DNA of 64,000 nucleotides, taken from assembly GCF_001194135.2 (NCBI RefSeq), contig NC_068984.1, positions 40,261,029-40,325,028 on the forward strand, given 5' to 3'. The stretch comes from Octopus bimaculoides (taxonomy: Eukaryota). Position 1 is the first letter of the stretch, and each line of letters opens with the position of its first letter. Shown one piece after another: positions 14,884 through 27,659 of this stretch. The notes beneath the pieces are model-generated. The model made no database searches, was not told where the DNA came from, and saw only the letters and a list, made by a program, of their open reading frames with translations. Made by a program: the position numbers and the translations under genes.

Positions 14884-16706
14884 CACATTATATATATACA
14901 CACACACACACACATACACTCACATACATTTATTTATATGTGGCTGTGTGTATGTATATATATTTATATATAATATAGTCATCAGTTAACATCCATTTTC
15001 TATGCTGGCATGGGTTGAATGACTTGACAAGAGCTAGCAAGGTTGGGGGCTGCACCAGGTTCCATAGTGTCATCATCCTACATCTGTTTTCCACGCTGGC
15101 ATGGGCTGGACAGTTTGACAGGATTGTGCCCAGCTCTGCTGTCAGTTTTGGCATGGTTGCTATGACTGGATGCCCTTCCTAATACCACCCACTTTACAGA
15201 GTTGTACTAGATGCTTTTTATGTGGTACTAACACCGATGAGGTCACCAAGTAACTTGCCAGACAAAAGCCCCTCAACTGAAAGAGAGAAATGGTACTGAG
15301 GGAGGTGTTTTTGTGCCAGGGGATGAGAAGCTAAACTTTGATAGAGGGACAGTATACACCCAACCACACATACACAAATGTATATTATATAATTATATAA
15401 CTGTATTATTTAATTTCATCTCCATGTGCATCAACAGATATATATGCTTTCATGTAAAGTGCTTGACATGATGGCCATAGAAAACAGCAGAAATCCATTT
15501 GAAAGCCCTGGTTCTCATTTCCTCTTAGGTTTTTAACAGCAAACCTCTGATGGCTGTCTCATGTTCTATGATATAAAAAGTGCTCATTTTGAAAATTCTT
15601 TGTTTAGTTAGTTTTAGCCATTTATATATATAAAAAGCATTGCCTTTTATATATACATTGAAATCTTCCTGCATACTTTTATTTAAGAAGCTTTTCTCAA
15701 GCTCCAAATGGGTAATGGGTAAAGTTATTTATTGTAATAAACCCTTCCAAATTTGTAATTATTTCCAAAGTTAAAGTGTATTTCATTAGAAGCAAGGTCA
15801 GATAAGAGTTTTAGCCAACAACATTGAATAAGAATGATTGCAATTTTGCTTTTCTGTTAATTATTTGTTTGGAAAGCAATGAAGCAATGTCTTCACAGTC
15901 CACAAATGTTGTCAGAAATATAGATTTCTTTTAACTAGTTACAAGGCCAAGATCTCTTGATAAAAATAGGTGCAGCTGACCAGATCAGGCTCAGCATATT
16001 ACTGTTACTTTGAGCCTAGGAGAATGAAGAGAGAATTCAACTCATGCAGGATTTGAACTTGAAAACAGGAAAGGACAAACTGTATTGTCATGAATGTAGC
16101 CCTGTTCTTTACACTAAACAAACAAGCAAGTAAAGACTGTCTTTGCAGCAATTACAATATTTGAGCCATTACAGGCTTCATTTATTCCATCATTTATATA
16201 GAAAAAATTGAGTATATTTGATGTATTTTTGTGAGTGCTAATTGTCTTTGAGATAAAATCTCATGTTATATTTTGTGCGTATCCACCAGTGTATTATAAG
16301 TGTGTGTGCGCATGTATTTGTTTCATAATCAAGCAATTTCTGATACATATGTTATAGTAAAATATGTCCAAAACAATAAAATATTTCTTTGCTTTCACTA
16401 TAAGTTTCATACGTACATGTCATATGCTTGTATGTATATATTTATGTGTGTAAACATACATACTTATGTATCTGTATACACGCTCTGTGAATACATGTGT
16501 AAGTGTGTGTATATGTATGCATACTTATGCATTTGTGTGTGTGTGTGTGTGTGTGCATGCATGTACACACACATACACACACAAAGTATTTAGTTTGAAT
16601 AATCAGCAAAACTTTGAGATATTGTCAACATACTTGCAATGAATGTACATGTATTGAGTCCTCTGTCAATGTTTGTTATTATTTAAAAAAAACACACTTA
16701 TTTTAA

Positions 16707-16746
<40 letters not shown>

Positions 16747-16816
16747 ATGTGTGTGTATGTATAATAAATTGTGTGTGTGTATATATATTTAATTTTTTGT
16801 GTGTACATTATGTATG

Positions 16817-16867
<51 letters not shown>

Positions 16868-17167
16868 TCATATATACATACGCATGTGTGTGTGGTGTTT
16901 GCATGTGCCTATATGAATATATACATGTATACATGCAAGTATATACAGAAATCTACCCATAAATTTGTGCATTTATGTATATCTACATGTGCTTGTATGG
17001 GTATATATATATGCTGCTAGGTTTTAATAATTTTAAAATTTAATGCATCTGTGTATTCTAAAAACACACTTGTATACAAAGTAAGTAATGCAAATTATTG
17101 CATTTACTATAGCAGACCGCCTTCATAATATATCTGTTTATGATACATATGTGCATGTATATATATG

Positions 17168-17290
<123 letters not shown>

Positions 17291-17571
17291 ATACATATGT
17301 GTGTGCATGTGTGTGTGGTATATATATATAAAAGGCATCAACATCTTATTTCATATGGTCTAAAATAATAAAACTTGAAATGTGACAACTATTTTTGGAT
17401 GGGGAAATTTTATTTATTCTATATTATTCATGTTCTCTTTGTAATAAATCAGTTTTATTCAATTTTTTTCTTGCTCTGAAACAGGTAAACATTTGGGATA
17501 TTTTGTAACCTCAGTGTAATTGTATTATTGTGCACATATTTCTTGATATGTTTGGTAATATTTTAAGGGAA

Positions 17572-17606
17572 TTCAGATGCTAAGATAGAATATCTTAGCA
17601 TCTGAA
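17572..17606. repeat. Perfect 16-bp inverted repeat with a GAA loop
   Basis: TTCAGATGCTAAGATA-GAA-TATCTTAGCATCTGAA. Confidence 0.95.
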
Positions 17607-20600
17607 AACTATCTCAATGTTTCTTTCTGCTTCTATTTTTCCAAAATTTCAGATGATATTTCATGTTTACATTGTTCAGATTAAACTAATTTCCTGACGT
17701 TTTCGGCACCTTTATCTGTAGAATATATTGTTTGATTTTGAAACCAAAATTGCATTATGCTATTTTGTGAGAATTTATTAGAGAATATTATGAAATCTTT
17801 GTATTTTTACAATATTGTTATTAATGTTAGTTCTATTCATTGGAGAAACCTTTGGGATTTTTCTTCTATTTTTTTTCCTCTCAATATGTACATTTTATTT
17901 TTTGGAAGGAAACTCATAAAACTGTTATTGTCTGAAGAAAAAAAAAGAACTCATAAAATTGCTGCTAAATAGATATAAAAGTATCTTACCTGCCATGTAT
18001 GATTGGAGCTATTCTAATATAGCGCTGCTACTACACAACACGTTGATACACTTGCACCTCGACTGTAGTGCTGCTTTGACTTTGAAGTGAGTGAAAGCAG
18101 AACATGGCTCAAGCAAGCAAGGAAGTGGGCAAGCCAACATTATTTCTATCACACATACATACACACACATGCACTGGCATGCACACACACATACACGCAT
18201 GCATGCACACACACACAGTTACTACTCTGTGTGTGAATAGTGAGTTAGGAGTTTATAGTCAGCCGTAAAATCTTCTCTTCAATTGATCCAGTTCTCCAAT
18301 ACTTATAATCAAGTATATCTATGAAAAGTCAGCTTCCTTCCTACTTCTACTACTTGTACAGTTTTCCTTTTCAGTGTTCTTCCATATGCTTGTTAATATA
18401 ATTCAGTAAAAATATTTGTCTCATTTTCTCTGCAGGATTTATTTATCTTTATTATCAGTGTATTTGTGCATGGAGGCATTTTCTTCTGCATAATCTCCAT
18501 TGCTATATGTGGTTCTGTGTCTACTACTCTTCAAAATATGGTATGGCTTAATAAATAATTTATGCCATGTATATGGCTATTTCTCTCTCTCTATCTTTTT
18601 TTTTTTAAATTTCTCTTTCTATCCCTACTCCAGCCTTTATTATGCAATGTAGTTTTATTCATTTTTGTGAGAATTTTCAGAGTAGTTGAAATGTATTCTT
18701 CTGTATCCTTTTTCAAGTTGGTAGCCAAGGGTTTGTGATATTTAAAAATTAAAAAGATATATTTTCAATTATTATAGTCTTAGGAGACAGTTGCACTCCT
18801 GCGTGTGTGTTGATTGCTACACAAGGGTAGATATTTTCAAATACTATATAATTCTGAAAAATGAGTTATTCTTAAAATACTCATTCTTAATAAATGAATT
18901 ATTTTCTTTGAAATTTTATTTTAACACTTATCATTATTTTTAATAAATAAAGCTATCAGTTGGTTATATTGTTGTGAATACAAATAACCTTAAAAAAATG
19001 TTGAAGTTTTATGAAAATATTGTTGAATATGCTAGTTTGCTTCTCTATACACACTCATTAAGTATTTTACTTTTAATAAAAAAAGAATTGTTTTTTTTTT
19101 GTATTTTGCTATCTATGTTTAGTCTTTGACTGCCAGAGATAAAAATAGAATTGAAATTTATACTTTGTTTAACAATAACCATATGAAAATCTTTGATTTT
19201 TCCTAAAATAGAATAAAATGATTGGAAATTTTCTGTGAATGCCTCATATTAGAAATGAAGCTACTGCTGGAAATATCTCATATTGTTGACCTGGCTATTG
19301 CTGCTAATAAAAATATTCAATTCAGCACTTTCATGCCAACTGCTGTTGGGATTTTCCTCAGAATTGTTTTTATCTGTTTTGTAGCCTTCCCCAAATCAAA
19401 AAATAGCTTGCAATATTTAGATAATAATACTGGTTGACTGGTTAAAATTATCGTTGTAGTTTATTTTTTTATGTGGGTGTGAAATTTTTCCTAAATAGAA
19501 GCCAGCTTAATATGTTTCTTTTTAATATTATTTCACTATTAGAAAAATATGGTTTTTAGTTTTATTAGATTTACATCTGTTAAACCTTATTCTAAAATAT
19601 AACAAAACCAATTTTAGATTAAATGAAGTCAATTTTATCATCATCATCATCATCATCATCGTTTAACGTCCGCTTTCCATGCTAGCATGGGTTGGACGAT
19701 TTGACTGAAGACAGGAAACATTTATTCTAAGTCTAGGTATTTCTCGTCCTCTTCCATATGATTGACTATTTTTATAGTTTACCTAAAACATTGATGACAT
19801 CTGCCATCATTCATGTCATGGGTTTATCTTCCTCTCCTTATGTATCCTTGTTTTTTTATATTTATCTTATATCTTATGTTGTATCAATTCTAGTTCTTAT
19901 ACGCTCATACCTGCTAATATCCCATAATAACAACTATAGATAACTCTTATTATGGTAACAATATTCTTTTTCTCTTTGTGTGTGATTTTTACCAAACATT
20001 CATGTTTATTCTCTTATAAATAATTGAGTAGCAGATTTAGAAAAAAATAATTGAAAAATGAAAAAATAACCTATTTCAATTCTTGAAAGTTTAATCCTCC
20101 AGTGAACTTTGTGCATTGTTGTGAAGATAATGAGAATCAGGCATATTGTGGTTAAAAGTTAAAAAACAAAATAAAACAAACTTTGATTAATTTTTTAATA
20201 TGAGTTATTGAATTTGAAAATAAAAGAGAGGTTATTCAAAATGAAAGTTCTATTTATATATATATCTTCAAGAATAAAAAAATTGGGATGGGGATAAGTG
20301 AGTATATGAAACAGTTTGTGTAATCAAGTTCGCTTGTTTTAATAAAGGAAGCTAACATTTTTTAGTTATATTGATATATTTCATTCACTAGTCTTGATTA
20401 AAGTCTTTTCTTTTTTGACTAGGCATCGAGCCAAGTTTTGTTAATTTCTAACTGGTATTTATTTAAATATCTAACTGATGTTTATTTCATAGTTTCAGAA
20501 GGATGAAAGTTAAAGTCAAACCAGCATTATTTGGACTTAGAACATAGAATGTTGAAACTAAGTATTCTAATACATACCTTTTAATAATCCCTCTTAATTC

Positions 20601-21267
20601 TACCTTAAGCGCATGCATATATTTGCATACTTTTTTCTGCCTTGGCATAGAACTTTTCATAGAACTTTCTCACTCATAATGCCTGTATGTTCTAAAAATG
20701 TAACTTTCTCAAGTACAGTGCACTTCATATCCAAGCTATAGGATGTTATCCTGGTACTCAACTAAGAGTCTACCACATCTTATAGCAGAAACAGCTGTAA
20801 GCTAATGAAGTTTATTACATAACATTTAATTTTTCCAGTGTCATCTCTTTGTTTTCTTTTACCACTCTATACTCATATAACATTGTGTTCTGGATCATCC
20901 ATATATTGAGTTCTACACTAGGTTATTAGTCTCGCTATGCCAAAGTGAAATAATAAAATATAACACATTCTACATTTGTGTTTATTCTAAACAATAAAAT
21001 AATAATTAATGAATAAGATTAAGATACATAGTAAACATTAACACTTTTCATGTCTTAATTACTTAAGCTCCGTTTAACAGTTCCATTGTTAGCAACAGTT
21101 CATGCAGATATCAAAATTTATAGTTTAAATTGCTTGAATTATGACATAGTTGCTTACCTTTGAAGTCTTGAGTTATTTCCTACATCATCTTGTGATGCAC
21201 ACGGACACATTGAAAGTAATACTGCCTAGGACCAGTGGGTGTTTTGGGTCTTTTAATTATCACACAC

Positions 21268-21573
21268 TGTCCGCCTCCCTGGCACGTGAAAAGACATTTG
21301 AGCGAGATTGTTTCCAGTGCCGATGGACTGGCTCCTGTGCAAGTGGCATGTAAAACACACCATTTCGAGCGTAGCCATCGCCAGTTCCGCCTGACTGGCC
21401 CTCATGCCGGTGGCACGTAAAACACCCACTACATTCTCGAAGTGGCTGGCGTTAGGAAGGGCATCCAGCTGTAGAAACTGCCAAATCAGATTGGAGCCTG
21501 GTGTCGCCTCCCGATCCACCAGTCGTCAGTCAAATCGTCCAACCCATGCTAGCATGGAAAGCGGACGTTAAAC

Positions 21574-21603
<30 letters not shown>
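21268..21603 (+). mobile_element. RTE 3' UTR-only copy (truncated LINE or RTE-dependent SINE) with (GAT)n tail
   Basis: About two tandem units plus CCCATGCTAGCATGGAAAGCGGACGTTAAACGATGATGAT. Similar pieces at 8690-8998 (+), 9712-9925 (-), 10430-10515 (-), 11385-11715 (-), 14980-15352 (-), 19632-19718 (-) and 53450-53735 (-). Confidence 0.8.
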
Positions 21604-21604
<1 letters not shown>

Positions 21605-24424
21605 CAGGTGATCCAATTGGAGTTTATCAAGCTCCAACCTGTTTCTAGTCTGTACTACTCGAGATAACACTACACCTTTCAGAGCTCAAACTTTCTAATC
21701 TGCAACCACCATGAAGCAAATCTAATTTCCTCCATAGCCAACTTGATGGTCTTTTACCTAAGTGAAGAAATTATTTTGAAAAATGGATTGAAATAACATG
21801 TGGCTGTCGGGAAATTTTCAAATAACTACTTTTTAGCACAACTTTCATTGTTAATGCCTTACACATTCAATCTAGCTGCTAACGTTTTATCCTTCCTCTA
21901 TATCACTATGGTATATCTACTCTGTACAGCATATCAGCTACTGTGTCACTTTAATCAATTTTATTGAAGAATAAGGCCTGATGGTTTAGGTTTGGATTAC
22001 TAGCTCAAGACATTTGAATTCAACACTAACTGCAGGAATTTCATTGTGTATTTCATCTGTTCTGTTAATTTTATGTGACTCAGTTCATCTTGCCATCAAG
22101 AATAGATGTGATGGACTGATATTCTGTCCAGGAAAATGGTGTATCAATTACTTGATGGCATAAAACTTGGATCAAGCACTGGCGCATTTACATTTACAAT
22201 CATTGGGGAGAGAGAGAGAGAGAGAGAGATCAACTAATTTCAAGTCTATCAGCTCTGTTGAGCTAAAGAAGAGCCTTTACGGGCCTGATACCCCAATATG
22301 AGAATTGAAAAGTGGGTAGACAACTTACTACAAAATTATGATGGTTCTCCATATTTTAAATTTTGTCTAAACACTTTGATGAAGTAAGAACAATTATATG
22401 AATGCAAAATCTAATTTATCCTGTCATTAAAAAGAGGGTGGTGGGTACCTAAAAATTCCACTAATATTTTAGGGCAGTCTTTTGATTTGTCCTTTTTTCA
22501 GAACCATGTGATCACTGTGCCTGCTAGATATAGCAACCAAATTTCCTTAAACTCACTATCTCTTGTTACTGTCTTATTATAAGAAGGACATATTAGAGAA
22601 TGCAATCCTGTATTTACTTGCTCTGTGTGATATCTTACTGTTGTCAAAACTGAAAATGAAACTTAAGAAATAGCGATTTGATATCTCAACTCTCTAGAAC
22701 AATGTTTAGGAAAAACCATATTCCATAATAGTTGAGGACTTCCAATTTTGCCTCCATAAATTGTAGGAATTCTAGAACAAATGAATATTAGCTATAAGAT
22801 TATTTTGAAGCACATAATACTGGTGCATTGTTCTTCAGATGTAAACTTCTAGAAATTTTAAAGATCTACTATTTTACTGAAGTTTTGGATTAGTGAATGA
22901 AGTGATCATAGAATTTTGTACACTTGTTTATTCTATTTATCTCTTCTGGGAACTGTACAAGGCACCTGGCTGTCAAGTCAGTGGTTCATACTTCAATGCT
23001 GTGTTCTCTCTGTAGCCAAGAGATTGAACTCTCAAATGGCCTAATTCTCATAGCTGTATAATAGTTACTACAGGGTAGGAATAAAGATTTATTCAATTTT
23101 AAATACATTGTAAAATTGATGATTGTTTATTAGCCTGTAGAACTGAGTTAAATTCCTCTCCATGCTGCACCAAGGGTATAATTTGAAGAAGAATGGAGGT
23201 CAATCAAACTGGTGTGTTCTTGATGCACAACACGGTGACTCTTTATTTAGTGTTACACTTTGCAGTCAATGGATTGTGAGAAATCATCGTTTTACTACTG
23301 CTGCTTACATAGTAATCAGTTCAAAGCAAATAGCAACAAAAATAATCATCAGCTGAGACTGATGCAGCAGGGAAGTTGTTTGTCTGATTTCTTCAAAGGT
23401 TTAATTTCCTGTCATAACTCAATTATTCTAACCCTGAAATAATCATGTAACCTACTCTGGTAGCTATTCTCATCATCATTTTTCTAGATAGCTCAATAAC
23501 TTTAGCATTTCAGTCAGTTTATGATGCAGTAACTATGTCAAACATCAGTGATATCTTAAACTGTACACAGTTACACATTTGTCAGCTATTTGCAGCCTAA
23601 TTTCTCTCTACCCATGACTGTAATTATTTAGAAGAGTTGAAATAAAAAATAGAATATTGTAAATTCTTAGTGAAATAAAATTTCATTTCATCTCACAGCA
23701 AGTGTCTGGTGTGGATGTAAGCATTCAGTGGTGAGAATTCAAAACTTGGTTTCAAATTCTGATGCATTTTGGATTTGTATATTCTACTTTGTGTGTGGGA
23801 AAAGTCATGAGCGACAGAATAGCTTATTTCCCTTCCCTTGTAACTTAGAATTTATATATGTAATTAAATATATTATTACACTTATTGTAAATATTGTATG
23901 TATAAAATGAATTATGTGTAAAGTGTGCAATGCTGCATGTTTGGGCAAAGTCATAAATCACAGATTGTCTTATTTCCTTTTTTTTTCATTCTCCTCATCA
24001 TCTTCATCCTCATCATCATGTTCATTTTCCCATGTTTGCATGGGTCAGATGGAATTTGTCAAAATGGGTTTTCTACAGCCAAATGCCCTTCCTGTCACCA
24101 ATCCTCATCTGCTTCCAAGCTAGGTAATATTTCACTATGGCTAGATATGTTTTTCGGAAGGTTGGAAATGAAGGACACTCATTTTACAACAATCATGCGA
24201 AGCCAAGTCTAGGAGATTGCCCCCCCCCACACACAATGAACTTCTATCCAGTTTCTGTCTGCCAAATCCAGTCACAAGGCTTTGAGCAGCCTGTGGCTAT
24301 AATAGGAGGCACAGTGTGACTGAACCAAAGACAATCTGGTAAGGAAGGAAACTTTATTTTCATACAGCTTTGCCTGTACTTATGCCATGTTTGCTCTTCC
24401 CTTTTGACTTAAAATTTATATCAC

Positions 24425-24785
24425 TTATCTTTTACTGTGGTCATGCTGGAGCACTGCCTTGAAGAATTTTAGTTGAATATACCCCAGTACCTTGTATTTT
24501 TTTAAGCATGGTACTTATTTCATTGGCCTCTTTTGCTGAGCCACTAAGTTATGGGGATGTAAACACACCAACACTGGTTGTCAAGCATTAGTGAGGACAC
24601 ACACACACATGCATGCACACACGTGATAGTTTTCTTTTAGTCTCTGTCTACCAAATCCACTCACAAGGCATTGGTCAGCCTGAGGCTATAGTAGAAAACA
24701 TTTGTCCAAGGTGTTACACAATGGGACTGAACCTAGAACCATGTGGTTGGGAAGCAACCTTCTTACCACACAGTCATGCCTGCAC
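24425..24785 (-). mobile_element. tRNA-derived SINE, same family
   Basis: GGTCATGCTGGAGCACTGCCTTGAAG ... CTACCAAATCCACTCACAAGGC ... GAACCATGTGGTTGGGAAGCAACCTTCTTACCACACAG. Confidence 0.8.
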
Positions 24786-25371
24786 TGATATGCATATATG
24801 TAATTAAATAAAAGATTATGCTTATTTGTACATGTTGCATATAGAATTTGTATTATGTGTAAAGCGTGCAATGCTGCATGACAGAGAAATGGGGTGTTTA
24901 ATGAGTAAGATATGCAATGACTAGAGAGAAATGAATCAGGTATGATATGTTGGCTGTGTAATGTTAAAAAGCAGAACATTAGTGTGCTAAGAGAGTGTTT
25001 AAATTTTATCAGCATCAGGAATGCTTCAACCAAGAAGACTGTACTACTATGGACATAAAAAAAAGAATGATGGAAGGGTGGTGTGTGAAAAAACTGATAA
25101 CAAAAAAGCTGCTGTTCATTTGGCTCATAGAGATATAAGGCTGATGAAGTGATGAACTTAGATTTCAGAATGTTGTGTCTCAAATATGTGATGACAGCAT
25201 TATGATAGGCAAGAATTTCTGCTTCTGTTTTGTCTCACACATGCCAATATAGAAAAAGGGTATTCAGTCAATGGTGATGATTATGCAAGGCTTTCTTAAA
25301 ATACTTCACATTCATTTTAAGGAGTATTAATGAGAAAGGGGAATCTAATGAAGTAACAAATATATATATAT

Positions 25372-25590
25372 AGTTGGAATTCACAAAAAAACAAAAGACG
25401 AAGGCAGGTGTATAAACAACAAACAGGTGTATTAGTTTAAAATTCGGGAAGGTGAGAAAGTCTTTTACATTTTGAGCCTATGCTCTTCAACAAAAAGGAA
25501 CACGAGAAAATAAACAGAGAGAAAAAATAAAAGCAGCTTTAGTGGGTAGTGGTCGATCATGGCGGCTGCCTGGTTGGAGGTGGTCACACA
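25372..25590 (-). mobile_element. Probable Penelope-like terminal repeat fragment next to a (TA)n tract, abutting the RTE copy
   Basis: Carries a degenerate minimal type I hammerhead topology at 25462-25497 and abuts TATATATA at 25361-25372. The family assignment is recalled, not searched. Confidence 0.45.
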
Positions 25591-27022
25591 GGATAAAGCT
25601 AGCAATATCAAAGGAAGTCTAACTAGGAAGTTAGTTTTTGTATGTGGCAGATGTTCAGGAGCAATAAAAACTAAAAATGTGCAGAAAACAACTTCTGCCA
25701 CATTCCAGGGAGAAAAAGTAGATGTAGTTCATAGCTTCCATTATCTAGGTGACCAAGTTAGTAGTGGGAAAGGGTGCGCTGAAAGTGTAGCTGCTAGAAT
25801 AAGAATAGCCTGGGCAAAGTTCAGAGAGCTCTTGCCTCGGCTAGTGACAAAGGGACTCTCGCTCAGAGTAAAAGGTAGACTGTATGATGCATGTGTACGA
25901 ACAGCCATGCTACATGGCAGTGAAACATGGACTGTGACTGCTGAGGACATGCGTAAGCTTGAAAGGAATGAAGCCAGTATGCTCCGATGGATGTGCATAC
26001 TCGACAGAGTGTAAGTACCTTGAGAGAAAAGTTGGACCTAAGAAGCATCAGTTGTGGTGTGCAAGAGAGACGATTGCACTGGTATNNNNNNNNNNNNNNN
26101 NNNNNNNNNNNNNNNNNNNNNNNNNNNNNNNNNNNNNNNNNNNNNNNNNNNNNNNNNNNNNNNNNNNNNNNNNNNNNNNNNNNNNNNNNNNNNNNNNNNN
26201 NNNNNNNNNNNNNNNNNNNNNNNNNNNNNNNNNNNNNNNNNNNNNNNNNNNNNNNNNNNNNNNNNNNNNNNNNNNNNNNNNNNNNNNNNNNNNNNNNNNN
26301 NNNNNNNNNNNNNNNNNNNNNNNNNNNNNNNNNNNNNNNNNNNNNNNNNNNNNNNNNNNNNNNNNNNNNNNNNNNNNNNNNNNNNNNNNNNNNNNNNNNN
26401 NNNNNNNNNNNNNNNNNNNNNNNNNNNNNNNNNNNNNNNNNNNNNNNNNNNNNNNNNNNNNNNNNNNNNNNNNNNNNNNNNNNNNNNNNNNNNNNNNNNN
26501 NNNNNNNNNNNNNNNNNNNNNNNNNNNNNNNNNNNNNNNNCTGTTGGGGCAAGTGAAATCAAAATTGAAATCGTGATGGCACCTGTACCAGTGGAGCGCT
26601 AAGAGCACCGTCCGAGCGTGATCATTGCCAGAGCAGCTGTCTGGCTTCCATGCCAGTGACATGTAAATAGCACCATTTTAGTGTGATCGTTACCAGCGTC
26701 GCCTTACTGGCACTTGTGCTGGTGGCACATGAAAAAACATTCGAGCGAGGTCGTTGCCAGTGCCGCTGGACTGGCTCCTGTGCAGGTGGCATGTAAAAAT
26801 GCACCATTTTGTGCATGGCTGTTGCCAGTACCACCTGAATGGCCTTCGTGCCGGTGGCATGTAGAAGCACCCACTACACTCTCGGAGTAGTTGGTGTTAG
26901 GAAGGGCATCCAGTTGTAGAAACTCTGCCAAATCAGATTAGAGCCTGGTGTAACCACCTGGTTCACCAGTCCTCAGTCAAATTGTCCAACCCATGCTAGC
27001 ATGGAAGGCAGACGTTAAACGA
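25590..27022 (+). mobile_element. 5'-truncated RTE-clade LINE (ORF2 C-terminal part, N gap, 3' UTR with tandem units and tail)
   Basis: ORF 25559-26014 contains SFHYLGDQVSS...ARIRIAWAKFRELLP...AMLHGSETW...MLRWMC. After a frameshift it continues LREKLDLRSISCGVQERRLHWY. The 3' end is CCATGCTAGCATGGAA..GACGTTAAACGAT. Confidence 0.9.
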
Positions 27023-27281
27023 TAGAGAATAGAGAGAATATAAATAATACAAAATGGGACAAGAACGCAAAACATCCAGACAGTTAGGTGATACAAGAAA
27101 GAGACAACAAAACATCCAGATAGACGATAAAGAAAACAAGGACAGGCCATTCGGAGTTATGCCCTTATGTATATATATATAAATAGATAAATATGATTTA
27201 GGGAAAAACGGTAGATTCTTCCCTATGAATTTTTTCACGATAACTTGATAAATTCTTATATAAGAGTTTATCCTATTATTG

Positions 27282-27340
<59 letters not shown>

Positions 27341-27343
<3 letters not shown>

Positions 27344-27635
27344 GGCGTGTAGCCTAGTGGTTAGAGTATTGCACTCATGATCACTAGATCAAGGATTTGA
27401 TTCCTGGACCAGACAGCACGTTGTGTTCTTGAGCAAAGCACTTCATTTTATGCTGCTCCCGTCCATTCAGCTGTAAATGGGTTACCCTGTGATGGAATAG
27501 TCTTCTGACAAGAGGGAATGTTAACCTGCTTGCCTAGCTAGCAGGGTGGTATCACTCAAAAGCTAAAACAATGCAAAGCGCATTATGACCAGTGATGTAT
27601 AACAACATTTGATAGTCTGGTTGATCACATGATAT
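27341..27635 (+). mobile_element. tRNA-derived SINE, third family, immediately after a (TA)n tract
   Basis: GGCGTGTAGCCTAGTGGTTAGAG (box A), GATTTGATTCCTGG (box B), TTGTGTTCTTGAGCAAAGCACTT (CORE/V/Meta-like). Related copies at about 7105-7370 and 8998-9235. Confidence 0.7.
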
Positions 27636-27659
27636 ATATATTAATTATTCTTACATAAG

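Noticed and set aside
18703-18711. Another GTATCCTTT U12-like donor (also at 528-536)
   Set aside because: There is no credible upstream exon or RELCH similarity, and the copy at 528 lies inside a SINE.
26575-26870. Repeat-spacer appearance of the roughly 63-nt units (CRISPR-like)
   Set aside because: The context is eukaryotic, the spacers are related to each other, the array is part of an RTE 3' UTR, and there are no cas genes.
27341-27420. tRNA-like sequences with box A/B at SINE heads
   Set aside because: There is no complete cloverleaf, and they run into SINE bodies; they are tRNA-derived SINE heads, not tRNA genes.
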